A stretch of DNA of 64,000 bases from an uncultured Acidobacteriota bacterium. Lineage in GTDB: Bacteria > Acidobacteriota > Thermoanaerobaculia > Multivoradales > UBA5704. The position numbers and the translations under genes are program-made. Shown here one piece after another: positions 19,217 through 28,899 of this stretch. The stretch covers positions 3,008,001 to 3,072,000 of the forward strand of contig CAVYRF010000002.1 in NCBI GenBank assembly GCA_963770895.1. The letters run 5' to 3'. Position 1 is the stretch's first letter. Every line of letters starts with the position of its first letter. The notes below the pieces were generated by a model. The model did no database searches, was not told where the DNA came from, and saw only the letters and a program-made list of their open reading frames with translations.

Positions 19217-20810
19217 CGCTTTTCCCCTTCCGGGTGAGCTCGATGTCGTAGTAGCCGAGGAATCGCTTTCTGGAAAGCCCCATTTGCCGGCCGGAAAGAG
19301 TGATCTGGCTGCGGCCGAGGAGCCCTCCTGTTCTGTCCAAGGCGTCGAATGTCACTTCCGTCCTTGGTGCCGAGCCGGTCAGGTACGCCAGCAAGCAACT
19401 CTCGCCGGTTCTACATTTCTGCGTCAGCACGCTCGTCCCAGACGCGGCGATGACTTTAAGATCGGAGGCGCCGGTCGCAGCGAATTCGACGTGAGCTACG
19501 ATCTCTCCAACTCGGCCTTTGTGCTGCGCGGGGAAATCGCCGAATCGTTTTGTGAAGTCGAGCTGCGACAGCTGCCGCTGGTTCACCTCGAACGTCTGCG
19601 GGACCGGCGCCGGCGACACGGGCGTGGTGGCTCGAATTGGAGCTGGGGCCGGGACTGGGTCCTTCTTCGTCGTCGTTCCTGCTTTGCGGCCCGCCGGTCG
19701 CGGTGTCACCGCCGTTTTCCCGGCGGACACGCGAAAAAACCAAAAACAGAGCAGGAGGCCAACCACCCCCGCCGCCAGGCCCGCCGCGAAACTTGCGAGA
19801 AGCGGCCGCCGATGCATGCGCCCGTAGCGCCGAATGGACGAGACCCTCCTGGACTGTGCTGTCGCGCCTCTCCGGTTTACTTTGGCTCCTGAACGCGGCC
19901 CGGACGCGCCCGCCGCCATTTCTGGCCTGGGATTACGGACAATGATCGGGGGTTGCGACACCGCAGTCCCCATCGCCAGTTTTTTCTCTTTGCCCGCGGG
20001 AAGGGACCTCCGAATCTCGAGGGCGATGAAGGACAGGTCATCCACCTTGGCGCGCTCGTCCGCTTCGGCCTGGAAAACCTGTTCCGACACCCACGGCTTC
20101 GCCAGCGACTCGGCCCACACCTTTCGCAGGCCGTCGGAATGGATGACGATTCCGGCCACGTCGTGCAGTGGCGTGACCCGTAGCCGGAGGTCGCTCTGCC
20201 CGCGGCTGGCCCACCTGCCGTTGGCATCCGCCTTTTCTTCCTGGCGGCCGTTCTTGCGATGGAAGACCCAGGAAAAGATGTCGCCGACTTGATAGAGCGT
20301 CAAATCCTCGCGCGGACCGCGAAAATCGAGCAGGAAGGCAGCGAAGACGGCCCGGCTGCCTTTTTTTTCCCGCACTGGCGCCAGCGCTTCTTCCAGGTTT
20401 GGATTTGCCGGCCGCGTCTCCTGCACGACCGGATCCACTTCGCCGGCCAGCGCAAGGAGCCACTGTGCGAAGTCCTCTTCGGCCGGCGGCTGAGCGCGCT
20501 TCTGCCAGAGGTAATCCATCACCTTTTGGCTCACCTCTCGCGCCGCGATGTCGCCGTAATACGATTGGCTGACCCCGTCGGCCACGATTCCCACCACATA
20601 GCCAACGTCGCCACGAACAGCGCAGAAGTCCTGGCCGCAGGAGTTATCCGCTTCGAAGTCCAGGCACCGGCGGTAGCCCCATGCGCCCGTTACCTCGATG
20701 CCGCCACGTAGGCCACGGATTTGGAAAGGTGTGTACTGCACCTTTCCGCTTCGCTGCTCCGAGTGATCGTCAATCATGGATGGTGCAAGGCTATGGTTTC
20801 GGGGTGCCAT
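19203..20810 (-). CDS. PP2C-family phosphatase with TM helix and C-terminal extracytoplasmic domain
   Basis: CGQDF; IVADGVSQS; HSDGL; DDLSFI; TM LLASFAAGLAAGVVGLLLCFWFF. Start uncertain (20810 or 20777). Confidence 0.78.
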   Translation of the reverse strand: MAPRNHSLAPSMIDDHSEQRSGKVQYTPFQIRGLRGGIEVTGAWGYRRCLDFEADNSCGQDFCAVRGDVGYVVGIVADGVSQSYYGDIAAREVSQKVMDYLWQKRAQPPAEEDFAQWLLALAGEVDPVVQETRPANPNLEEALAPVREKKGSRAVFAAFLLDFRGPREDLTLYQVGDIFSWVFHRKNGRQEEKADANGRWASRGQSDLRLRVTPLHDVAGIVIHSDGLRKVWAESLAKPWVSEQVFQAEADERAKVDDLSFIALEIRRSLPAGKEKKLAMGTAVSQPPIIVRNPRPEMAAGASGPRSGAKVNRRGATAQSRRVSSIRRYGRMHRRPLLASFAAGLAAGVVGLLLCFWFFRVSAGKTAVTPRPAGRKAGTTTKKDPVPAPAPIRATTPVSPAPVPQTFEVNQRQLSQLDFTKRFGDFPAQHKGRVGEIVAHVEFAATGASDLKVIAASGTSVLTQKCRTGESCLLAYLTGSAPRTEVTFDALDRTGGLLGRSQITLSGRQMGLSRKRFLGYYDIELTRKGKSDGKP

Positions 20811-21960
20811 GAGCGCCATTCCCCGCAAGAGCTGGAGCGTTGGGGTCGGGGGTGACCGCAGGGTGAGGGGCCCATGCGAGGATCTGCCTTTCCGGTACGG
20901 ACGGGAGCGGTGCTGCATGCTTCTCCCACCGCACCGGCTCTGGTGCGACAGGGGCCTGGGGGAGCGGCTCCACGGGCCCGAAGGTCACCAGCTCCTTGGG
21001 CGACTGTCGCTCCAAAGGAGCAAAGGGCTCCCAGGTGACGTCGTCCAGGGCCGTCACCCACTCGGCGAGCCTTGGGCACTCGGCGAAGGTCCGTGAAGCC
21101 CAGGCGCGTTCCAGCAGGGCCCTGGCAGTGGGACGTTGCGCCTCGACCGCCGAGGCGAGCACATGGAACCGTGCGCTCGAAGGGATCTGCATCTCCTTCG
21201 GATCGAAGAACGACTCGCCGTAGCGGGCGGCGCGCACCGGTTCGGCGTACCAGGCGAGGATCTCGGACAGCAGGATGGCGCCGGCGAAGCGGTCAGCATC
21301 AGCTCCCCTCTGCCCCTGGGCGCTGGCGTGGTGCTGATAGCCGGGGGTGCCCAGCATGACGTTCTTCGGCGTCGCGAAACCGGGTCCGAACAGGTCCTCG
21401 ACGTCGATCAGCTGAGGACTGCCGTCGACGGCGTCGAGAAGCAGGTTGGCCGACGAAATGTCGCAGTGGGCCATCGACTCGCGCTCGAGGTGAGCCAGGA
21501 TGAGCGCAAACCTTCTGGTCAGCGAAAGAGCCGCGGGAGCGTTCACCACGTGCTGCTGCTGATTCAGGATCTCCGTCCAGGAGGGACCGGAGATCCACGG
21601 CATGAGGATCGAAAAGGAGAGGTCCGGAAAGCTGCCGAGAATGCTCGCGGCGGTGCTTTGGCTCAGGCAGCGACGCTTGCAGACCCGCAGACCGTCCCAG
21701 CTGTGCAGCGGTTCGAGGCGCTGACAGACGTCGACCAGGGCCGGGTCGATGAAGCGCTGGCGCATCACCTTGAATGCATATTCGGCCGCCCCCGGCGAGC
21801 GCGATCCCCTCTCCCGCAAGTGATAGACGAATGCCTGCCCACCTTCCATCGAATGGACCGTTCCTCGGGCGTTCGGATGCTCGATGGCCTCCAGCCGGTA
21901 GGTGTCGGCGCCGATGGAAAGATCGAGCTGCTGGCCTGGATTCAGGCGGAAGCGAGTCAT
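20791..21960 (-). CDS. Ser/Thr protein kinase-like protein
   Basis: EGGQAFVY; YAFK; HCDISSAN; LIDVED; GTPGY; DRFAG; paralogous to 17999-19216. Confidence 0.82.
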   Translation of the reverse strand: MTRFRLNPGQQLDLSIGADTYRLEAIEHPNARGTVHSMEGGQAFVYHLRERGSRSPGAAEYAFKVMRQRFIDPALVDVCQRLEPLHSWDGLRVCKRRCLSQSTAASILGSFPDLSFSILMPWISGPSWTEILNQQQHVVNAPAALSLTRRFALILAHLERESMAHCDISSANLLLDAVDGSPQLIDVEDLFGPGFATPKNVMLGTPGYQHHASAQGQRGADADRFAGAILLSEILAWYAEPVRAARYGESFFDPKEMQIPSSARFHVLASAVEAQRPTARALLERAWASRTFAECPRLAEWVTALDDVTWEPFAPLERQSPKELVTFGPVEPLPQAPVAPEPVRWEKHAAPLPSVPERQILAWAPHPAVTPDPNAPALAGNGAHGTPKP

Positions 21961-21997
21961 CGCGATCGTCCTCTGTCGAGTTGGAGTCGCATGGGCA

Positions 21998-22747
21998 TCA
22001 CCGGGTCGGCGTCGCGCCCGACATCGCGAAAGCCAGCTCCACCAGCTCCTTGCTGATGCCCGGGATGAGCATCCGGCAGCCGGCCTTGAGCGCATACCCG
22101 TCGGCCTGCACCACCTCGGCGTAGCCGGCAGGGAGCTCCGACGACATGTTGAACAGCTTGGCGGCGTAGGGATTATTGAGCTCCGCGACGTCCGTGAACC
22201 CGGCCCATGTGGAGGCGTCGGTGATCGGCTGCCGGGTGAGGTCGGGGGCGATGAAAATGTTTTCGACCAGCACCTTGCCGTCGTCGTTGCTCAGCTGCAT
22301 GATCTGCTGGGCAATCGGCTCCGGATCGTCGCCGGTGTAGGCCCCGTCCGTGAGGTGGCAGACCATCGGCGCCGGGTGGCCCTTCAGGTTCGGCAGCTCC
22401 TTCTGCAGCAGACCGAGCGCGAAGCGGAACGCCTCGGCCGTATCCGTGGTGGTGGTCGGGGAGAAGTTGGGGCGCCCCAGGTCCCAGACCTCCTTGATCG
22501 TCTTGACGCCGCCCACCACGTCGCGCGGCCTGTCGCTGTAGGGGATCAGGGCCAGGTTGTAGCGGGGCGAAACCACGTTGCCCTTGGTCGAGCGCTGCAC
22601 CATGCGCCGCAGGACGCCATGGAGAGCCTCGTTCAGATGCTCGATCTTCCTGGCGCCCTCGAATTGCTCGCCCATCGAGCCGCTGCAGTCGAGGAGGTAG
22701 ATGACCAGCGCGGGCGTGGCCGCCGTCGCCACGGTGTTATAGGGCAT
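21998..22747 (-). CDS. vWA domain protein (TerY-like)
   Basis: MIDAS motif YLLDCSGSM, T in TTDT, HLTDG. Confidence 0.88.
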   Translation of the reverse strand: MPYNTVATAATPALVIYLLDCSGSMGEQFEGARKIEHLNEALHGVLRRMVQRSTKGNVVSPRYNLALIPYSDRPRDVVGGVKTIKEVWDLGRPNFSPTTTTDTAEAFRFALGLLQKELPNLKGHPAPMVCHLTDGAYTGDDPEPIAQQIMQLSNDDGKVLVENIFIAPDLTRQPITDASTWAGFTDVAELNNPYAAKLFNMSSELPAGYAEVVQADGYALKAGCRMLIPGISKELVELAFAMSGATPTR

Positions 22748-22849
22748 GCAGGTCCCCTTTCAGGTTGCCGTCAGCCGGGCAGATCCCAGCTGGCAACCTC
22801 AGGAGACACCTCGCACGCGAGGACTGTTTAGTACATTGCAGCCCGGCCG

Positions 22850-23635
22850 CTACCCCTGCGTGCGGCGCTGGATCTCGGCTTCGATGGCGGGCATGAGCTG
22901 GGGCGGGGCGGCGACCAGGCGGGTGAGCAGGGGGTGGGGGCGGTTGAAGCGCTCTTCGTCGCGGCTGCCGGCGGCGATGCGGCCGCCGGCGGCGAGGACC
23001 AGGGCGGCGCCGGCGGCGACGTCCCATTCGTGTTTGGGCACCAGGGTCCAGGTGGCGTCGGCGAGGCCGGCGGCGACCAGGGCCAGCTTGTAGGCGACGG
23101 AGCCCAGCGGCACGACGCGGAAGGGGGCGCCGGCGAAGGGCTGCCAGCGGCCTTTTTCCACCTCGGTGCGGCTGGCCAGGACCTGGGCTCCGGCGAGCGT
23201 CGGCCGGTCGCTCATGCGCGCCGGCTGGCCGTTGAGGGTGACGCCGTGGCCGCGGGCGCCCAGGAAGACCTGCTGGGCGGGCGGGCAGGCGATGCCGCCG
23301 GCGACGGGCTGGCCGTCTTCGACCAGCCCGACCGAAATGGACCATTCGGGCAGGCCCAGGACGAACTCGCGGGTACCGTCGAGCGGATCGACCACCCAGA
23401 CCCTGCGGTGGTCGAGCCGCGCGCGGTCGTCGGCGGTCTCTTCGGAGAGCCACCCCTCGCCCGGCTGGTGGAGCAGCCGCTTGAGCACCGAGTCGACCAG
23501 GGTGTCGGCCTCGGTGACGGGGTCGCCGCCGCTCTTGCGCCGGGCCTCGATGGCGCCCGGCACGAAGCGGGCTATCACCCGCTGCGCTTCGTCAAGAGCG
23601 GCGGCGATGCGGGCCAGGTCTTCGCTGTACGGCAT
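22850..23635 (-). CDS. cysQ: 3'(2'),5'-bisphosphate nucleotidase / inositol monophosphatase family
   Basis: DPVTEAD; LSEE; WVVDPLDGTREF; EWDVAAG; adjacent to sat-cysC. Confidence 0.85.
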   Translation of the reverse strand: MPYSEDLARIAAALDEAQRVIARFVPGAIEARRKSGGDPVTEADTLVDSVLKRLLHQPGEGWLSEETADDRARLDHRRVWVVDPLDGTREFVLGLPEWSISVGLVEDGQPVAGGIACPPAQQVFLGARGHGVTLNGQPARMSDRPTLAGAQVLASRTEVEKGRWQPFAGAPFRVVPLGSVAYKLALVAAGLADATWTLVPKHEWDVAAGAALVLAAGGRIAAGSRDEERFNRPHPLLTRLVAAPPQLMPAIEAEIQRRTQG

Positions 23636-23664
23636 CGTTTGCCTTCCCGTCCCGCCGCGCCGGC

Positions 23665-25461
23665 CTAGCTGGCGAGGGTGGCGCCGAGATAGCCTTCGCG
23701 CTCCAGGTACAGCAGGATCTCCTGGGCCGACTGCTCGGGGGAGAGGCTGCCGGCGTCGAGCGTCAGCTCGGCGTCCACCGGCGCCTCGTAGGGGTCGGAG
23801 ATGCCGGTGAACTCCTTGAGGATGCCGGCGCGGGCCTTGGCGTACAGCCCCTTGCGGTCGCGTTGCTCGCAGACGTCGATCGACGTCGCCACGTGCACCA
23901 GCATGAAGCCGCCGCCGGGCTCGACCATCGACCGCACCTCCTTGCGCACCGCGTCGTAGGGGGCGATGGGGGCGCACAGCGCGATGCCGCCGTTGCGGGT
24001 GATCTCGGCGGCGACGAAGCCGATGCGCCGGATGTTGATGTCGCGGTGCTCCTTCGAGAAGTTGAGCTCGGAGGAGAGGTTCTTGCGCACGATGTCGCCG
24101 TCGAGCAGCGTCACCGGCCGGCCTCCCATCTCCATCAGCTTGATCTGCAGGGCGTTGGCGATGGTCGATTTGCCGGCGCCCGACAGGCCGGTGAGGAAGA
24201 TGGTGAAACCCTGCCGCGCGCGCGGCGGGTGGGTGCGGCGCAGCTCGTCGGCCACCTCGGGGAAGGTGAACCAGCCGGGCAGGTCGCTGCCCTCGGCGAG
24301 GCGGCGGCGCAGCTCGGTGCCCGAGATGTCGAGCGTCCGTCTGCCCTCCGGCACTTCGTCCACCGGCAGGTAGGTATCCATGTCCTCGACGTAGACCAGC
24401 TGCTTGAACGGCACCATCTGCACGCCCAGCTCCCCTTCGTGGGCGCGCAGCAGCTCCTGCGCGTCGTACGGGCCGTAGAACGGCTTGCCGGACGAATCGG
24501 CGCCCGGTCCGGCGTGGTCGCGGCCGACGATGAAGTGGGTGCAGCCGTGGTTCTTGCGGATGATGGCGTGCAGCAGCGCTTCGCGCGGGCCGCCCATGCG
24601 CATGGCGAGGCCGAGCAGGGCGAGCTTCGCGGTGTGCTGCGGGAAGCGGTGCAGGATCGCCTGGTAGCAGCGCACGCGGGTGTAGTGATCCAGGTCGCGC
24701 GGCTTGGTCATGCCGACGGTGGGATGGATCAGCAGGTTGGCGCGCGCCTCCTTGGCCGCGGCCAGCGTCAGCTCGCAGTGGGCGCGGTGCATCGGGTTGC
24801 GGGTCTGGAACGCCACCACCCGCCGCCAGCCTTCGCGCGCCATCTCGGCGCGCAGCTCGGCGGGCGTCAGGCGCAGCGGGCGAAAGTCGTAGTGGACCGG
24901 CGCCTGCACGCCTTCCAGGCGGCCGGCGACAAACACCGGGTGGGTGCGGTCCAGCTGGTAGGCGACGCCGGGATGCTTCTTGTTGGTGGTGCCGAACACG
25001 GCCTTGGCGCTGGCCGCCAGGTCGGGCTCCCACATCTCGTCGACGTGCAGGGCGGCGAGCATGACGCCTTCGGCGTCGCGCAGGGCCAGCACTGAGCGCC
25101 CGACGTGCAGCGTCGCGGCCAGCTCGCGCGGGATGTCCAGGGTGATCGGGATCGGCCACAGCGTGCCGTTGGCCAGCCGCATGCCGGCGCAGACCGCGTC
25201 GTGGTCGGCCTGGCCCAGGAAGCCGGTGAGCGGCGAAAAGCTGCCGTCCAGCAGCAGCTCCAGGTCGCAGATCTGCCGCGGCGTCAGGTCCCAGGACGGC
25301 CAGTCGCGGGACGCTGCCTTCAGCTCGGCGGCGCGCTGCGGCTCCGCCATCAGGTTGACCAACGTGCCGCCGTGCGGCTCGATCAAGGCATCGGCGCCGC
25401 TCTCTCTGGGGTCGGCCGGGGCGCCGGAAGGAAACGCAAGGGTATTTTTCATTGAGTCCAT
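23665..25461 (-). CDS. sat: Bifunctional sulfate adenylyltransferase / adenylylsulfate kinase (PAPS synthesis)
   Basis: PHGG; AFQTRNPMHRAH; GPREA; GRDHAG; C-terminal APS kinase GLSGAGKST, LLDGD, FTGISDPYE. Confidence 0.95.
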   Translation of the reverse strand: MDSMKNTLAFPSGAPADPRESGADALIEPHGGTLVNLMAEPQRAAELKAASRDWPSWDLTPRQICDLELLLDGSFSPLTGFLGQADHDAVCAGMRLANGTLWPIPITLDIPRELAATLHVGRSVLALRDAEGVMLAALHVDEMWEPDLAASAKAVFGTTNKKHPGVAYQLDRTHPVFVAGRLEGVQAPVHYDFRPLRLTPAELRAEMAREGWRRVVAFQTRNPMHRAHCELTLAAAKEARANLLIHPTVGMTKPRDLDHYTRVRCYQAILHRFPQHTAKLALLGLAMRMGGPREALLHAIIRKNHGCTHFIVGRDHAGPGADSSGKPFYGPYDAQELLRAHEGELGVQMVPFKQLVYVEDMDTYLPVDEVPEGRRTLDISGTELRRRLAEGSDLPGWFTFPEVADELRRTHPPRARQGFTIFLTGLSGAGKSTIANALQIKLMEMGGRPVTLLDGDIVRKNLSSELNFSKEHRDINIRRIGFVAAEITRNGGIALCAPIAPYDAVRKEVRSMVEPGGGFMLVHVATSIDVCEQRDRKGLYAKARAGILKEFTGISDPYEAPVDAELTLDAGSLSPEQSAQEILLYLEREGYLGATLAS

Positions 25462-25688
25462 GGGGTCGGGTCTTTCGGACGGCGCAGCGAGGACGCCTGG
25501 TCAGGGAGGCAGGAATGCCCGTAACAGTTGTGCTGGGCAAGGCCAGGAAGCGGACAGCCGCGGCGTATTTCAGCCCGCGCGCGCAAGCCGGCCGCGCCGC
25601 CGGCCGCCGGCACGAAGCTGCCGCGAGCCGCCGGCAGGGTGCCGCGGGGCGTCGGGCGCCGGCAGGGCCGGCAGCGGTGCGTTGGGGA

Positions 25689-26354
25689 TTACGGCCGCGA
25701 CGGCGACGACTGCGGGCGATCGACGATGATCGTCGTGATGCCGCCGGCGCCGGCGGCGATCAGCGGGATGAGGATCTCTTTGCGCTCCCACCAGGCGACG
25801 ACACAGGTGCGGCAGGTCTTGTCGGTGCGCGTGATGGTCTGGTAGTTGATGCGGGTGGCGATGCCGTCGCACAGGAAGCCCATGACGCGGTTGTTTTCCT
25901 GCTGGGCGGTGGTTTCGCCGATCGTCAGGTTTTGCGCCGCGCCGTACTGTTGCGGCGTCAGCTGCACCTTGCAGTCGCTGGTCACCTTGGCGGTGCGCAC
26001 CGCCGAGCGCACGACTTCGGCGCCGGCGGCGTCGACCAGCACGCCGTAGTATTCGACCTGGGTGGTGTGCGATTCGGGCTTGGGGGGCGTCGCCCAATAC
26101 TTGCCCGGACCGTCGTGCTCCAGCTCCACCCAGTATTTGTCGCCGTGATCCAGCCAGCGGAAGTAGAGCCGCGCCGAGCTGCCGCCAGGTTCGCCCGCCG
26201 TCGTGGCGTGCACCACCTGGTTGTCGGCGGTCCGCATGCAGCTCAGCTGTTCCACCGCAATCGTCGGCCCCTGCGCCGCCAGGGGCCCACCGGCTCCGGC
26301 GGCAAGCGCCAGCGTGGCGACCGCAGCGGCACTCAGGATCTGGCGTACAGTCAT
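25689..26354 (-). CDS. Secreted hypothetical protein with C-terminal hydrophobic tail
   Basis: Signal peptide; beta-rich body; ends ILIPLIAAGAGGITTIIVDRPQSSPSRP; strong GC3 bias. Confidence 0.7.
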   Translation of the reverse strand: MTVRQILSAAAVATLALAAGAGGPLAAQGPTIAVEQLSCMRTADNQVVHATTAGEPGGSSARLYFRWLDHGDKYWVELEHDGPGKYWATPPKPESHTTQVEYYGVLVDAAGAEVVRSAVRTAKVTSDCKVQLTPQQYGAAQNLTIGETTAQQENNRVMGFLCDGIATRINYQTITRTDKTCRTCVVAWWERKEILIPLIAAGAGGITTIIVDRPQSSPSRP

Positions 26355-26504
26355 CGATCAGACCAACCTTTCTGGAACTACCACCCGCAGCTGCCCAAAC
26401 CGCGACGCGCAGTCGTCAAGCGACGCAATTATATACCCCGTGACGCCTTGCTGGAAAGTGCCGGCGCGGCAGCGCGTGGACGTCGGCCCTGGGGGCATGG
26501 GTTT

Positions 26505-28040
26505 TCAAGGGCCGGTGCCGAGGATGCGTTTGACGTAGCCGTCGACATAGGCGGTCTTTTGCAGGTTGGGCAGGGACCGCTTGAGGGCGGCGGCGGCGGC
26601 CGTCGGGTCGCCGCTTTCGTAGAGCGACACGGCCAGGTAGAACAGCAGCTCCGGGTGGTCGTCGCCGGGCATGCCGCCGCGCCTGAAGTAGGCGACGGCT
26701 TCGCTCCAGCGCGAGTTGCGATAGGCCGCCTCGGCTGCCAGGTACTGGGCCTCGGGCGAATCGGGGTGGGCCTCGGACAGGTCGTGGGCCAGGCGCAGCG
26801 CATCCTTCAGATCGCGGGCGTTGGCCGAGGTGAGCAGGCGCTCGGCGCGCACCTTGGAGTCGCGCTCGGCTGCCGTCCAGGCGCGCCCGGTGGCCGCCGG
26901 GGTCCTGCCTGCGGCCGAGGCCGGCGCGCCGGCGCCGGCGGCGGTGCCGGGAGCCGCCGACGGCTGCGCCTGGTGCGCCTGCTGAGGGGCGGCCGCCGGC
27001 GGCACGCGGGCGCTCAGGGGGGCGCCGGCTGGCATGCCGCCGGTGCCGGTCGGGCCGGCCGGGCTCTGCGGAGCTCTGGGCGGCGGCGCGGCGGCGGCGG
27101 TGGTCGTGGTGTCGCGCGGACCGGCGGCGGTGCCCGGCGCCGCCGAGGTCGCGGTGCGCGTGGCTTCGGCGCGATGCTTCGCCACCCGCTGGGCCAGCGC
27201 CGCCAGGCGCTTGTCGCCCTTGAAGGCGGCGGGGAACGCCTGCACCTGGTCCTCGGCCTGGCGCCATTGCCCCAGGGTGGTGCGGCAGCCCAGCAGGGCG
27301 GCGGCGTAGCGCGGCTCGCGCCCGCACCTTAAGCAGGGGTCCAGGTCGACGACCGCTTCCGCGCAGCGGCCGCTTGCCGCCCGCGCCAGGCCGCGCACGC
27401 AGAGCGCCTGCGCGTCCTGCGGCGCCAGGGTGACGGTCTGCTCGGCGCGGGTCAGCGCGGCCGCGGTGTGGCCTTCGCTCAGGTCGAGGTCCGCGAGCTG
27501 CAGGTTCCAGGCGACGTTCCTGGGCTCCTTGGCCAGGCGCTCTTCCAGCTGGCGGCGTTTTTCGCGCGGTGGCAGCGCCGCGAACTGCCCTTCCAGCTTG
27601 CGGCTGAGCAGCCCGCGAAAGGCGGGGATCGTCTCCAGGGTCGCCGCGGGGATGGCGGTCGTCGCACGCTGTTCGAAGGCGTTGCGGACGTCGGCGGGCA
27701 GGTCGGCCCGGCTGTAGGCGCCGAAGCGCTCTTCGACTTCGGTGATGCGATGGAAGGTTTCGCGGAAGCCCTCGACGTCGCCCGCCGCTCCCTGGGCGAC
27801 GGCGAGCCGCGTCAGGCAGGCGGCCAGGGGCGCCGGTTCGTCCAGCAGTCCGAAGCAGGCCAGGCGCAGGCGTTTGGCGGCGACGGCAAACTCGCCGCGA
27901 TCGTAGGACTGGATGCCGTCGCGCAGCAGATCGGAGTAGAACGGGTCCGGCGCCACGGCGCCGCGCGCCGCGGCAGCGCCGCCGCCCAAGGCGGTGAGCG
28001 CCAAGAGAGCCACGGGCGCCAGGATCGCCGGGATCTTCAT
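26505..28040 (-). CDS. Secreted tetratricopeptide-repeat protein
   Basis: Signal peptide; TPR-like helices (AQYLAAEAAY, LLFYLAVSLYESG); ATGA-coupled to cpsB-like gene. Confidence 0.78.
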   Translation of the reverse strand: MKIPAILAPVALLALTALGGGAAAARGAVAPDPFYSDLLRDGIQSYDRGEFAVAAKRLRLACFGLLDEPAPLAACLTRLAVAQGAAGDVEGFRETFHRITEVEERFGAYSRADLPADVRNAFEQRATTAIPAATLETIPAFRGLLSRKLEGQFAALPPREKRRQLEERLAKEPRNVAWNLQLADLDLSEGHTAAALTRAEQTVTLAPQDAQALCVRGLARAASGRCAEAVVDLDPCLRCGREPRYAAALLGCRTTLGQWRQAEDQVQAFPAAFKGDKRLAALAQRVAKHRAEATRTATSAAPGTAAGPRDTTTTAAAAPPPRAPQSPAGPTGTGGMPAGAPLSARVPPAAAPQQAHQAQPSAAPGTAAGAGAPASAAGRTPAATGRAWTAAERDSKVRAERLLTSANARDLKDALRLAHDLSEAHPDSPEAQYLAAEAAYRNSRWSEAVAYFRRGGMPGDDHPELLFYLAVSLYESGDPTAAAAALKRSLPNLQKTAYVDGYVKRILGTGP

Positions 28041-28894
28041 CGCGCGGCGCGCCAGGCGTTGCGCCCCGGCGGTGCCGCGACCTGGGCCGCGGGCGGAGCC
28101 GGCGCGGCCGGTGCGGCGGCCAGCTGGGTGTGGGACGGCACGCCGCCGTCGCCGGCACCGCCGCCGCTGCTGGCAACGAGGGCGCGCGGGTTGTCCACCA
28201 TCAGCTGGCGGGCGGTGGCTTCGCCCCAGCGCGCGGCGATCGCCTTGTAGGCGGCTGCCATGCCGGGCGGCCGCCGCACCATGTCGTGCGCGTCGCTGGC
28301 GACGAAGTGCACCAGGCCGCGGTCGATCAGGCGCAGGGTGTCGCTCTGCGCCCGGCTGCCGAAGTCGCCCGTCACGCTCATCGCGGTCACCTGGGAGAGG
28401 GCGCCCAGCGACACCAGGTCGGCGAGCGCCGGCGACTTGAGCAGCCAGGGGAAATGTTCCGGGTGAGCGATGACCGGGTGCCAGCCGGCGATGGACAGCT
28501 CATGCACCAGGTGCGCCGCCGAAACCGGCGAGTCGGTGGCGCCGAACTCGATCAGCAGGTGGCGCGAGCCGGCCAGGGGCTGCGGGCCCTGGGCGTCGTC
28601 GTCGGGCGCGCCGCCGCGCAGCGCCAGGATCTCGCCCAGCAGCTGAGGATCGACGTGGATCTCACCGCCCGGCAGGATGCGCGGCGCCGGCCCCACCGCT
28701 GCCTGGAGCTGGGTGCGCAGCGCGGCGAGCGCCTGCCGGTCGCAGTTCCACCAGCCGCCCCGCCGTTGGTGCGGCGTGGCGACGATGGCTTCGCAGCCGG
28801 CGGCGGCGGCGGCGTGGCACATCTCCACCGCCTGCTCCAGCGTGCGCGGTCCGTCGTCGATGCCGGGCAGGATGTGGCAGTGGACGTCGATCAT
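28037..28894 (-). CDS. CpsB/CapC PHP-family tyrosine phosphatase
   Basis: MIDVHCHILPGIDDG; ATPH; IAHPE; ASDAH. Confidence 0.93.
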   Translation of the reverse strand: MIDVHCHILPGIDDGPRTLEQAVEMCHAAAAAGCEAIVATPHQRRGGWWNCDRQALAALRTQLQAAVGPAPRILPGGEIHVDPQLLGEILALRGGAPDDDAQGPQPLAGSRHLLIEFGATDSPVSAAHLVHELSIAGWHPVIAHPEHFPWLLKSPALADLVSLGALSQVTAMSVTGDFGSRAQSDTLRLIDRGLVHFVASDAHDMVRRPPGMAAAYKAIAARWGEATARQLMVDNPRALVASSGGGAGDGGVPSHTQLAAAPAAPAPPAAQVAAPPGRNAWRAAR

Positions 28895-28899
28895 GGCGC

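Noticed and set aside
22762-22799. Inverted repeat aggttgcc..ggcaacct upstream of the vWA gene
   Set aside because: Short and single-copy with no T tract; function cannot be supported.
17843-22850. Mobile element boundaries around the kinase cassette
   Set aside because: No transposase, integrase or convincing flanking direct repeats found by eye.
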